Shown: positions 31,021 to 40,130 of the stretch, piece by piece
Layout: each line of letters starts with the position of its first letter
Numbering within the stretch: position 1 is the first letter of the stretch
NCBI GenBank assembly: GCA_945877765.1
Contig: CAMDWQ010000002.1
Coordinates: 80,464-138,275 of the forward strand
Reading direction: 5' to 3'
Origin: Candidatus Omnitrophota bacterium
Lineage (GTDB): Bacteria; Omnitrophota; Gorgyraeia; 2-02-FULL-51-18
Length of the DNA stretch: 57,812 nucleotides
The notes under the pieces: model-generated
Told to the model about the DNA's origin: nothing
Database searches by the model: none
Seen by the model: only the letters and a program-made list of their open reading frames with translations
Translations under genes and position numbers: made by a program

Positions 31021-31802
31021 TTCTTGATAAAATCGTCCGCCAAAAGATCAAAGAAATTATTCTTCTTAAGAAAGAGACCCCTCTAAAAAAATGGATCGAA
31101 TTGCTAGGAAAGAAGAAAGGAAAGCATCGCTTTTATCAGGCGCTATCTCGCGCTAGGAATGTCGCGGTCATCGCCGAAATTAAGCGGCGCTCACCTTCCA
31201 AGGGAATATTAAGAAAAAATTTTAAGCCTGCGGCCATTGCGCGTGAATTTGAAAAATCAGGCGCGTCGGCGCTTTCGGTGTTGACCGATGAGCTTTTTTT
31301 TGGGGGCTCGCTGGAAATACTCAAGAAAGTTCGAGCGGTGACGTCTTTGCCCATCCTAAGAAAAGATTTCATTCTTGATGAGTGCCAAATTTATGAGGCG
31401 GCTTTGGCAGGAGCTGATGCCATTCTTTTGATTGCTGCAATTCTCAAACCAAAAGAGATGGCAAATCTTTCTGCGACTGCAAACCGTTTAGGCTTGGATG
31501 TTGTGTTTGAGGTTCACAATCTAGCGGATGTTAAGAAAGTCAGGCCGTTGCACCCCAAAATAGTAGGTATTAACAATCGTGATTTGCAGACGTTTGAGGT
31601 AAGTTTATCAACGACAGAGAAGTTGGCTGGATTTTTTTCAAAAAAATCGATCCTTATTTCGGAAAGTGGGATTTTTACGCGCGAAGATGTGGATAGGGTA
31701 AAATATGCAGGTGCCAAGGCCGTGCTCGTCGGAGAGAGTTTGATGCGTCAAGCAAAGCCTGGTGAAGCGCTTAAAAAGCTTTTGTGGACTGATAAACAAT
31801 AA
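31017..31802 (+). CDS. trpC: Indole-3-glycerol phosphate synthase
   Basis: IAEIKRRSPSKG, LSVLTD, LRKDFI, GINNRDL, ESGI. Confidence 0.96.
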   Translation: MILDKIVRQKIKEIILLKKETPLKKWIELLGKKKGKHRFYQALSRARNVAVIAEIKRRSPSKGILRKNFKPAAIAREFEKSGASALSVLTDELFFGGSLEILKKVRAVTSLPILRKDFILDECQIYEAALAGADAILLIAAILKPKEMANLSATANRLGLDVVFEVHNLADVKKVRPLHPKIVGINNRDLQTFEVSLSTTEKLAGFFSKKSILISESGIFTREDVDRVKYAGAKAVLVGESLMRQAKPGEALKKLLWTDKQ

Positions 31803-31812
31803 TTCTCCTTAT

Positions 31813-31884
31813 TGTCATTCCCGAATTGTTTTATCGGGAATCATACGAAGGCATGATCCCCGATTAATGATTTCGGGGATGACA
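31813..31884. repeat. CGTC/TGTC-tagged REP doublet family B copy 2
   Basis: TGTCATTCCCGAATTGTTTTATCGGGAATCAT-N8-ATGATCCCCGATTAATGATTTCGGGGATGACA in the trpC-trpF gap. Confidence 0.8.
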
Positions 31885-31921
31885 TTTTAGGGGCGACAGT
31901 TGTATTCGATAGGAATATTTC

Positions 31922-32542
31922 ATGGTTCGAGTTAAAATATGCGGAATTACAAGTGTCGACGACGCGCGGGCGGCTGCCGATTTGGGAGCAGACGCGATAG
32001 GCGTTATTTTTGCCAAAAGCCGTCGGCGTGTGACCCAAAAGCGCGCGACCGAGATATCGCATGCGGTGGGTCCCTGGATTGCCGTGTTGGGCGTGTTTGT
32101 GGATGAAACACCCGCTTGCATGCACCGCATCATTCGTGAGTGTGGTTTGTCCGCAGTGCAGCTTCACGGCCGAGAAACGCCCAAGACGATGGAGTCGCTT
32201 AAGGGCGTCAAGGTCATTAAGGCGTTTCATGTGGGGGAGGGTTTTAAACCTTCTGGGTTGGCCGCTTACCGGAACGCGGACGCATTTTTATTCGACACGA
32301 AAGTCCCTGGGGAGTCGGGGGGGACGGGCGTGGTATTTGACTGGAGACTGTTGAATCAATTTAGGTCCAAAAAGCCGATTATCATTTCAGGCGGTTTGCA
32401 CGCTGGGAATGTTGTGCAGGCGATCCGTCACTTTAAACCCTACGGCGTGGAAGTGTCGAGTGGCGTTGAGAAAGCGCCAGGAAAAAAAGATTTAAAAAAA
32501 GTTGAGGAATTTATACGCAATGCCAAAAAAATCAAAGCCTAA
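31922..32542 (+). CDS. trpF: Phosphoribosylanthranilate isomerase
   Basis: VKICGIT, VGVFVD-like LGVFVD, VQLHG, FLFDT, GGTG..FDW, ISGGL. Confidence 0.95.
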   Translation: MVRVKICGITSVDDARAAADLGADAIGVIFAKSRRRVTQKRATEISHAVGPWIAVLGVFVDETPACMHRIIRECGLSAVQLHGRETPKTMESLKGVKVIKAFHVGEGFKPSGLAAYRNADAFLFDTKVPGESGGTGVVFDWRLLNQFRSKKPIIISGGLHAGNVVQAIRHFKPYGVEVSSGVEKAPGKKDLKKVEEFIRNAKKIKA

Positions 32543-33728
32543 CTTTTCAAATTTACCCGACAAAGAAGGACATTTCGGACCTTATGGCGGCCGCTATGTG
32601 CCGGAGACGCTCATGGCAGCGTTGACCGAGCTGGATAAAGTTTATCGTGTGACCAAAAAAGACCCGAAATTTAAAAAAGAACTGAATCACTACCTGCGTA
32701 ATTTTGCCGGCCGGCCCACCCCCCTGACAGAAGCTAGGCGCCTGGCGAAGATTTTGGGCGTGAAGCATTTTTATTTAAAGCGCGAAGACTTGATGCATAC
32801 AGGCTCTCACAAAATTAACAACACGCTCGGCCAGGTGCTCTTGACGATCAAAATGGGGAAGAAGCGGGTGATCGCAGAAACGGGTGCTGGGCAACACGGA
32901 GTAGCCACTGCCACGGTATGTGCTTTGTTTGGAATCCAATGTGAAATTTATATGGGCGAAGAAGACGTGCGCCGACAAGCCTTGAATGTGTTTCGTATGA
33001 AATTGCTCGGCGCCAAAGTGAACCCTGTCAATTCCGGTTCCTGCACTCTCAAAGACGCTGTCAATGAGGCGATCCGCGACTGGGTGACCAACGTGCGTGA
33101 TACGCACTATATTATTGGTTCTGTTATTGGCCCTCATCCTTACCCGGGGATGGTTAGAGATTTTCAGTCGGTTATTGGTCGCGAAGCGCGCTCTCAATCA
33201 AAGTCAGCCATTGGAGGAGATCCTGATTACTTGGTGGCATGCGTGGGCGGCGGGTCCAACAGCATAGGTCTTTTTCACCCTTTTCTAGGCTCAAAATCCC
33301 GCATGATTGGGGTTGAGGCGGCGGGTCTTGGAGTCCACACGGATAAGCATGCTGCCACTTTATCGAAAGGGCGAATCGGCGTACTTCACGGCTCCAAAAG
33401 TGAAATCCTGCAAACGCCGGATGGTCAGATACAGCTAGCGCATTCGATATCCGCCGGTTTAGATTACCCCGGCGTTGGCCCAGAGCACGCCTATCTACAA
33501 TCTGTTCACCGCGCCGAATATGTTGCCGCCACCGACAAAGACGCGCTGTTGGGAGTGAAAATTTTAAGTGAAAACGAAGGTATTATTCCTGCCTTGGAGC
33601 CTGCTCACGCCGTGGGATATCTTATACGCCAGAAGCGCCGATTTAAAAAGACGGATACGATTCTAATGTGTCTTTCGGGCCGCGGCGATAAGGATGTCCA
33701 GCAGATAGCCCAGGAGATGAATCGGTGA
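32520..33728 (+). CDS. trpB: Tryptophan synthase beta chain
   Basis: [60 protein letters not shown]; start reassigned to ATG 32520. Confidence 0.98.
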   Translation: MPKKSKPNFSNLPDKEGHFGPYGGRYVPETLMAALTELDKVYRVTKKDPKFKKELNHYLRNFAGRPTPLTEARRLAKILGVKHFYLKREDLMHTGSHKINNTLGQVLLTIKMGKKRVIAETGAGQHGVATATVCALFGIQCEIYMGEEDVRRQALNVFRMKLLGAKVNPVNSGSCTLKDAVNEAIRDWVTNVRDTHYIIGSVIGPHPYPGMVRDFQSVIGREARSQSKSAIGGDPDYLVACVGGGSNSIGLFHPFLGSKSRMIGVEAAGLGVHTDKHAATLSKGRIGVLHGSKSEILQTPDGQIQLAHSISAGLDYPGVGPEHAYLQSVHRAEYVAATDKDALLGVKILSENEGIIPALEPAHAVGYLIRQKRRFKKTDTILMCLSGRGDKDVQQIAQEMNR

Positions 33729-34525
33729 CCCGCATTCAGAAAAAATTTGATGAGCTTCGGGTGAAAAAAGAAAAAGCGGCGATTATTTTTATCACCGCTG
33801 GCGACCCAAGTCTTGATAAAAATTTGAAGTTGGTGCATTCGTTTGAGAAGGCGGGCGTCGATCTAATCGAGTTGGGTGTGCCGTTTTCGGACCCTTTAGC
33901 GGATGGCCCAGTCATTCAAGAGGCTTCAGAACGGTCTCTGAAGCGGGGAACCAATCTTAAAAAAATTTTAGAGCTGGTTAAAAAAATTCGGCGCACCTCC
34001 CAGATTCCTCTGATTTTGATGAGCTACTTAAATCCTATCTTAAGCTATGGTGTTGCATCGTTTGCCAGGGATGCGAAGACGGCGGGTGTTGATGGCGTCA
34101 TTCTTCCTGAAGTTCCCGTAGAAGAGGGCCGAGAGCTGTCTAGCGTACTAAGCCGCGCTAAGTTAGATCTCATCTACTTGCTGGCCCCCACCAGCACTCT
34201 CGAAAGAAAAAGGAACGCGGCTAGGGCTTCGCGTGGTTTTATTTATTTTGTTTCCATGACCGGTGTGACGGGCGCCAAAAATACTGTTTTGCAATCGGTG
34301 GATGCGGATGTGCGGTCGATCAAAAAGTTTTCAACCTTACCCGTTTGCGTGGGTTTTGGTATCTCAACGCCCGAGCAAGCGCGCCAAATGTCCCGCGTTT
34401 CAGATGGTGTGATCATTGGGAGCGCCGTGGTTAGGGCCCTTAAAGAACACGCCGGCTTATCCGCCGACGCCTTCACTAAAAAGTTTGTGACGCCATTTGT
34501 CAAAGCCGTGAAAGCACCCCGCTAA
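33725..34525 (+). CDS. trpA: Tryptophan synthase alpha chain
   Basis: [36 protein letters not shown]. Confidence 0.97.
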   Translation: MTRIQKKFDELRVKKEKAAIIFITAGDPSLDKNLKLVHSFEKAGVDLIELGVPFSDPLADGPVIQEASERSLKRGTNLKKILELVKKIRRTSQIPLILMSYLNPILSYGVASFARDAKTAGVDGVILPEVPVEEGRELSSVLSRAKLDLIYLLAPTSTLERKRNAARASRGFIYFVSMTGVTGAKNTVLQSVDADVRSIKKFSTLPVCVGFGISTPEQARQMSRVSDGVIIGSAVVRALKEHAGLSADAFTKKFVTPFVKAVKAPR

Positions 34526-35538
34526 TGGCCAAAGCGGTAATCATGGCGGGCGGACAGGGTGAGCGCTTCTGGCCGATGACTCATGAAAATTTTCCTAAGT
34601 ATTGCATTCCTTTTTACGGCAAACAGTCGCTTCTACAGAAAACTCTGGAGCGTTTAGAAAAGGTTTATGGTCGGGGAGGTGTTTACGTGATCACGGTTGC
34701 AGATCACGTAAAGTTTATTCGACGCCAGCTGCCAAAGCTTCCCAAAAAAAATATTTTAATTGAGCCAAGCCGACGGAACACGGCAGCAGCGATTTATCTT
34801 TCGACCGCTCTCTTGGGCAAGCAGTTTGGAGAAAACGAAGTGGTCTCTTTTTACCCCGCGGACCACTTGATTCAAAATGAGAAAAAGTTTCAAGCCACAG
34901 TGAAAAGTGCGATTGAACTGGCCTCCAAGCGAAGCGACCTGGTGACAATAGGCATTAAGCCAACATTTCCCGCGATTGGTTATGGTTATATCGAGACGGG
35001 CAAATCAATTGCAGGGTCTGCCAATGCGTTTGGGGTGAAACGCTTCGTGGAGAAACCCGATTATGCAACCGCCTTGAAATATGTGCGGAAAAGTAATTTT
35101 TTTTGGAATGGGGGCATCTTTACTTGGAGAGTAGGCGTGCTTCTGGAGTCCATGAGACGATTTTCACCTGAAATCGTAAAAACGATTGATTTGGCGCATT
35201 TGGAGAAAAGCTATAAAAAAGTAAAAGGCGTATCGATTGATTACGCGCTTTTTGAGAAAGCGGACAATATTTCAATGATTCGTACCGACATGGATTGGTG
35301 CGATGTCGGAAGCTGGGATATGTACCTGGCAAAAAACCCATGGGACCCCACAGGCAATTATGTCGACGGCGTGTGTGTTCACGAGCAGACGCAAGGTTCT
35401 TTGCTTCTAAATCAAACATCCAAGCCTCTGGTGGCGCTCGGTTTGAAAGATATCATAGTCGTCCAAACACCCCAAGGAACACTCGTCTGCCGCCGTGGAC
35501 AAGCAGAACAGGCAGCGCTTCTTTTTAAAAAACTATGA
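34525..35538 (+). CDS. manC: Mannose-1-phosphate guanylyltransferase
   Basis: VIMAGGQGERFWP, PK, EP.RRNTAAA, GYGYI, FVEKPD, WNGGIF, SIDYA, WCDVGSW. Confidence 0.92.
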   Translation: MAKAVIMAGGQGERFWPMTHENFPKYCIPFYGKQSLLQKTLERLEKVYGRGGVYVITVADHVKFIRRQLPKLPKKNILIEPSRRNTAAAIYLSTALLGKQFGENEVVSFYPADHLIQNEKKFQATVKSAIELASKRSDLVTIGIKPTFPAIGYGYIETGKSIAGSANAFGVKRFVEKPDYATALKYVRKSNFFWNGGIFTWRVGVLLESMRRFSPEIVKTIDLAHLEKSYKKVKGVSIDYALFEKADNISMIRTDMDWCDVGSWDMYLAKNPWDPTGNYVDGVCVHEQTQGSLLLNQTSKPLVALGLKDIIVVQTPQGTLVCRRGQAEQAALLFKKL

Positions 35539-35960
35539 GAATTCTTGCTATTGATTTTGGAGAAAAGCGTATCGGTTTGGCGCTTTCCGACCCGCTAGGC
35601 TTTACTGCGCAGGGACTCCAGACGCTTGAGCGTCAAAACATCAAGCAAGTGATCGCCCACATTGCGGAGACAGTCAAAAATAATCAAGTAGGGGAGATTG
35701 TCATCGGTTTACCAGTGAATATGGACGGAAGTCAGGGCTTTAAGGCGCAGGAAGTTTTAAAGTTTATCCCGCAGCTTCAGATCGCTGCCGGTGTCCCTGT
35801 GAATACCTGGGATGAGCGGTTGACCAGTCGCGAAGCCAGCCGCCTGATGATCGAAGAGGGTTTGTCGCGCAAGAAGCAAAGAGCCAATAGCGACCGCCTG
35901 GCCGCCACATTGATTTTGCAAAATTATCTGGAATTTAAACGACCCAAAGGACTCTCATGA
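35535..35960 (+). CDS. ruvX: Holliday junction resolvase-like protein YqgF/RuvX
   Basis: LAIDFGEKRIGLA.SD, VIGLP.NMDG, WDERLTS, D..AA..ILQ. Confidence 0.94.
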   Translation: MRILAIDFGEKRIGLALSDPLGFTAQGLQTLERQNIKQVIAHIAETVKNNQVGEIVIGLPVNMDGSQGFKAQEVLKFIPQLQIAAGVPVNTWDERLTSREASRLMIEEGLSRKKQRANSDRLAATLILQNYLEFKRPKGLS

Positions 35961-37240
35961 GCGCGGCAAATCTTGAAATTTCGACGCTGGACAACGGGCT
36001 TAAAGTGTTGGCGGTACCACTAAAAGAAAGAAAGTCCATCTCGGTGGGTATTTGGGCTCACGTTGGTTCTCGTAATGAAAGCGTAGAGCTTGGCGGGGTA
36101 TCTCATTTCCTCGAGCATATTGTCTTTAAAGGCACTTCTTCGCGGACCGCAGCCCAAATCAAAGAATCCATTGAGGGGGTGGGCGGGAGCATGAATGCTT
36201 TCACTTCTGAAGAATGCACCTGCTTTCTGGCTAAAACGACACGACGACATTTTGAAAGCGTTTTTGCCACTCTCTCGGACATGGTGGCGGATGCGGCGTT
36301 GGACGCCAAGGATATTGAAAAAGAACGTACGGTTATACTCGAAGAGATTAAGATGACGCAGGACCAGCCTTCACAGCTAACCGAAGAAATTCTATCGGAG
36401 ATTGTCTGGCCGGGGCATGTCTTGGGGCGGCCGATAGCAGGCACCCATGATACGGTTAGCGCCCTGACACGCGAAAACATCAGAGCTTACCGTGATGATT
36501 ACTACACTCCGCGTCACCTGACGATCACCGCCGCCGGCGATATAGATCAAAAAACTCTTGTGCAGGAAGCGGCGAAACATTTTTTTAAGAATAAAACTGA
36601 AAAGGAAAAACACAGCACTCTGTTTAAGCCTGATCAACGCAAGCCCGCGCTCAAATTTTTTTCAAAAAATACAGAGCAGACGCATCTTGCGCTTTCTTTG
36701 CACGCGCCCGGCAAGGACCATCCGGATGAATACGCCGCCGATCTTCTGAATGTGATTCTTGGCGGAAATATGTCTTCGCGGCTTTTTAACGAAGTGCGAG
36801 AGGAGCGCGGCTTGGCTTACGACATCGGTTCTTTCATGCGCCGCCACCAAGAAACAGGGGCGTTTGTGGTATCTGCCGGTGTGGACCATAAAAAGGCTAA
36901 GGACGCCTTGGCGGTCATCCTGACCGAGCTTGAGCGCATGACAGATGAAATTGTTAAGTTAGACGAATTGGGGCGTGCCAAAGAGTTTTATTTGGGGCAA
37001 TTTGAGTTGGGCCTTGAAAACAGTATGAGCCAGATGCTTTGGAACGGAGAAAATCTAATGACGCTTGGGGCTCTGAAAGACCCAGAAGAGATCGTTAAAA
37101 ATATTCGCAAGGTAAGCGCCGAAGACCTTCTGCGCGTGGCTGGCAACCTGTTCAAAACCTCGTCTCTTAATCTGGCGATGGTGGGGCCCTCCCTTTCCGA
37201 GAAAGATTACGCAGCCATTCTTTCATTTTCTAAGCGGTAG
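35957..37240 (+). CDS. M16 family zinc peptidase (pitrilysin/MPP-like)
   Basis: GVSHFLEHIVFKGT (HxxEH), NAFTS, ILGGNMSSRLFNEVREERGLAY. Confidence 0.93.
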   Translation: MSAANLEISTLDNGLKVLAVPLKERKSISVGIWAHVGSRNESVELGGVSHFLEHIVFKGTSSRTAAQIKESIEGVGGSMNAFTSEECTCFLAKTTRRHFESVFATLSDMVADAALDAKDIEKERTVILEEIKMTQDQPSQLTEEILSEIVWPGHVLGRPIAGTHDTVSALTRENIRAYRDDYYTPRHLTITAAGDIDQKTLVQEAAKHFFKNKTEKEKHSTLFKPDQRKPALKFFSKNTEQTHLALSLHAPGKDHPDEYAADLLNVILGGNMSSRLFNEVREERGLAYDIGSFMRRHQETGAFVVSAGVDHKKAKDALAVILTELERMTDEIVKLDELGRAKEFYLGQFELGLENSMSQMLWNGENLMTLGALKDPEEIVKNIRKVSAEDLLRVAGNLFKTSSLNLAMVGPSLSEKDYAAILSFSKR

Positions 37241-37330
37241 AAAATGAAAAAATGAAAAACCGTGCACAACAAACCTTTAAAATGTTTGACAGGCCATAGG
37301 TGGGTCGTGCATGTTCGCATTAGATTTGTT

Positions 37331-37363
37331 CCCCATCTGACTTGCCGCAAGGTCTCGGTGGGG
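37331..37363 (+). promoter_or_regulatory. Hairpin in the 5' leader of the NYN gene
   Basis: CCCCATC/GGTGGGG stem enclosing GAC/GTC and a GCAA loop; weak TTGACA-N18-CATGTT promoter at 37286..37315. Confidence 0.4.
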
Positions 37364-37394
37364 TTATTCGTTTAAAGCCTGCTGAGCAAAAAAT

Positions 37395-37913
37395 ATGAAG
37401 CCAAGCCGAAATAATTTTGCATTTATCGATAGCCAGAATCTCAATCTATCCATTTTGGATCAGGGATGGAGACTTGATTTTAAGAGATTCCGGGTATATC
37501 TGGAAGATAAGTATGGCATCGTAAAAGCATTTTTGTTTATTGGGTATGTTCCTACCCAACAGAGCCTATATACTGCTTTGCAGGAATATGGTTATCTACT
37601 AGTCTTTAAACCAACTTTGACATTATCCGAGGGACGAGTGAAAGGGAATGTCGACGCCGAACTCGTGCTCCACGCTATGATTGAGTACGCTAACTACGAT
37701 CAAGCAGTTATTGTCACAGGTGACGGCGACTTTCACTGTCTGGTGGACTATCTGAAGAAACAGAAAAAATTGATCCGACTCTTAATCCCTAATCGGTATA
37801 AATACTCAGCTCTCTTTCGAGGGCTAGCGTCGGATATGGCTTTTATTAGCGACTGGCGGGATAAATTGGAGTACAAAAAAAGAGAGGCATCGCCGCGGGA
37901 CGGAACCCTTTGA
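37395..37913 (+). CDS. NYN-domain (LabA/DUF88, PIN-like) ribonuclease
   Basis: Acidic motifs intact: FIDSQNL, KGNVDAEL, VTGDGDF. Confidence 0.9.
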   Translation: MKPSRNNFAFIDSQNLNLSILDQGWRLDFKRFRVYLEDKYGIVKAFLFIGYVPTQQSLYTALQEYGYLLVFKPTLTLSEGRVKGNVDAELVLHAMIEYANYDQAVIVTGDGDFHCLVDYLKKQKKLIRLLIPNRYKYSALFRGLASDMAFISDWRDKLEYKKREASPRDGTL

Positions 37914-37933
37914 CTAGCCTCTTATCGTGATCT
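37875..37933 (-). ncRNA. Predicted ~60-nt antisense small RNA overlapping the NYN 3' end
   Basis: Minus strand AGATCACGATAAGAGGCTAGTCAAAGGGTTCCGTCCCGCGGCGATGCCTCTCTTTTTTT: AGAGGC/GCCTCT stem plus U7 tail, downstream of a near-consensus promoter. Confidence 0.55.
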
Positions 37934-37939
37934 AATTGG

Positions 37940-37969
37940 AGTATACACGATAAAATGTGGGGCTGTCAA
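37940..37969 (-). promoter_or_regulatory. Antisense sigma70 promoter facing into the NYN gene
   Basis: Minus strand TTGACA-N18-TATACT. Confidence 0.65.
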
Positions 37970-38017
37970 ACGCTGCTTTTTTAAAGTCTTTTTTTCTGTC
38001 TATAGGCACTTTCTATT

Positions 38018-38026
38018 TGATATACT
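38018..38026 (+). promoter_or_regulatory. Extended -10 promoter for rpe
   Basis: TG-A-TATACT. Confidence 0.45.
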
Positions 38027-38049
38027 AACGGTCTTGAAAACGGGAATAT

Positions 38050-38697
38050 ATGGCATACACTTTAAAGATAGCACCCTCTGTTCTAGCGGCTGATTTTTCA
38101 GAGCTGGCAGTTGAAATTCGTCGCGTGGAAGAGGCGGGCTGCGATTTGCTCCACCTAGACGTCATGGACGGGCATTTTGTGCCCAACATCACCATTGGTC
38201 CGTTTATTGTCAAAGCGATTCGTAGGATTACAAAGCTTCCTCTGGATACGCATCTAATGATAGAAAATCCCGAGCGCTATGTATCTGAATTTGCAAAAGC
38301 AGGATCCGATCATATTACGATTCATGCGGAGGCGTGCCCGGGAAATTTGGCAGAAGTTCTTGAGCAGATTCGTGCTCTTAAAGTAGGCTGCGGTGTTTCA
38401 TTGAAACCGGCAACGCCTCTGGATGCCATTCAACCTTTTTTGGACCGGATTGACATGGTGCTTTTGATGACCGTCAACCCTGGGTTTGGCGGACAATCTT
38501 TCATGAGGGAAGTTCTCCCCAAAGTACAGGCTTTGAGAAAAATTTATAAGCGCGATATTGAGGTGGACGGCGGCATTAATAAAGACACCTCTAAAGAAGC
38601 GGTGGCTGCTGGGGCCAACGTCTTGGTGGCAGGGACGGCTATTTTTGGGAAACAGGATGTCCGCAAAGCGATTGAGGAGTTGAGATGTCAAATGTAA
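38050..38697 (+). CDS. rpe: Ribulose-phosphate 3-epimerase
   Basis: IAPSVLAADF, LHLDVMDGHFVPNIT, DTHLMI, MTVNPGFGGQ, EVDGGI. Confidence 0.97.
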   Translation: MAYTLKIAPSVLAADFSELAVEIRRVEEAGCDLLHLDVMDGHFVPNITIGPFIVKAIRRITKLPLDTHLMIENPERYVSEFAKAGSDHITIHAEACPGNLAEVLEQIRALKVGCGVSLKPATPLDAIQPFLDRIDMVLLMTVNPGFGGQSFMREVLPKVQALRKIYKRDIEVDGGINKDTSKEAVAAGANVLVAGTAIFGKQDVRKAIEELRCQM

Positions 38698-40115
38698 TCC
38701 CCAAGATTAAATTCGGTACCGATGGTTGGCGGGCGATCATGGACACGGAGTACACCATGGAAAACCTAGAGCTGGTTACTCAGGCTTTCGCGGATCTGAT
38801 GAATGAAAATCACAAAAAAGCTGGCAAGGCGGGATCTATTCGGGTAGTGGTGGGATATGATTTTCGTGAAAATTCGGAAGTTTTTGCGCATCGCTCCGCC
38901 GAAATTTTAGTGGCCAACGGCATTCAGGTGATTCTTTCGAGTGCTGCTTGTCCGACACCGGCAGTAAGCTATACCATTGTCGATGAAAAATGTGATGCCG
39001 GCATCGCCATCACCGCCAGTCACAATCCAGCACGGTACAATGGTTTTAAAATAAAAAATGAAATTGGAAGTTCCGCCGAAAAAACAATTACCGATGCCGT
39101 GGAGTCGCTCTTGGGGAAAAACCCTGTTAAGAAAACAGCATTCACGCCTCAAAACCCAGTGATTAGGGACATCAACACAAAGTTTATCCAAAATCTAAAA
39201 AATTATCTACGGTTAGAGACCATCAAAAATTCCTCCTACCGGATTTTGGTCGACTCTATGCATGGCGTCGGAGCGGATACCATGGAAGAGATTTTGGCGG
39301 GGGGTAAGATTAAAGTTCAGACCATTCGCGGAAACAGAGATATCACGTTTGGCGGCGTCGCTCCCGAACCCATCGCCAAGTATCTGGCGCCGTCCATCGA
39401 ACTGATGAAGACGGGTAACTATGACCTAGGCGTAGTAACTGACGGCGATGCTGATCGCGTGGGCGCGATTCGGCCGGGCGGGGAGTTTGTATCGCCGGGA
39501 ATTATTTTGTCACTTATTTTGCTGCATTTTGTTGAGGATCTAAAAATGGCCGGCGGTGTCGTGACCACGATTTCAAACACCGGCTTGATTTACCGCGTCG
39601 CGCGAAAACTGGGTGTGAAAGTTTTTGAGACGCCGGTAGGCTTTAAATACATCTGCGAAGTCATGCGCAAAGAAAATATTTTAATCGGCGGCGAAGAGTC
39701 TGGTGGAATTGCCTTTCAAAATTATATGTTTGAGCGAGACGGCATTCTCTCGTCTCTACTTCTAATGCAGATGATGGCGATGCGCGCTCAGAGCTTTGAG
39801 CAGATTCTTAAATCAGTTGAAAAAGAGTTTGGGCGATTCTATTACGTGCGTCAAGATCTAACCTATCCCAACGAATTGAAAGTAAAGCTGTTTGAATTTC
39901 TATCGTCTCGAGCACCCAAATCTTTTCAGGGGCTTGCGGTCGAGAGAATCAATGCTGCGGACGGCATCAAATTTGTATTGAAAGATGACAACTGGCTTCT
40001 GTTTCGCCTGTCAGGAACCGAGCCGATTCTGCGCGTTTACGCAGAAGCTTCCAGCCAAGCCTTGGCCGATGCTCTGGTAAATGAAGGCAAGCAGCTTGCC
40101 TTTAGCCTGAAATAA
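38685..40115 (+). CDS. Phosphoglucomutase/phosphomannomutase family protein
   Basis: FGTDGWR, TASHNP, DGDADR, GGEESGG, RLSGTEP. Confidence 0.94.
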   Translation: MSNVIPKIKFGTDGWRAIMDTEYTMENLELVTQAFADLMNENHKKAGKAGSIRVVVGYDFRENSEVFAHRSAEILVANGIQVILSSAACPTPAVSYTIVDEKCDAGIAITASHNPARYNGFKIKNEIGSSAEKTITDAVESLLGKNPVKKTAFTPQNPVIRDINTKFIQNLKNYLRLETIKNSSYRILVDSMHGVGADTMEEILAGGKIKVQTIRGNRDITFGGVAPEPIAKYLAPSIELMKTGNYDLGVVTDGDADRVGAIRPGGEFVSPGIILSLILLHFVEDLKMAGGVVTTISNTGLIYRVARKLGVKVFETPVGFKYICEVMRKENILIGGEESGGIAFQNYMFERDGILSSLLLMQMMAMRAQSFEQILKSVEKEFGRFYYVRQDLTYPNELKVKLFEFLSSRAPKSFQGLAVERINAADGIKFVLKDDNWLLFRLSGTEPILRVYAEASSQALADALVNEGKQLAFSLK

Positions 40116-40130
40116 AAAAAGACAGCCTGT

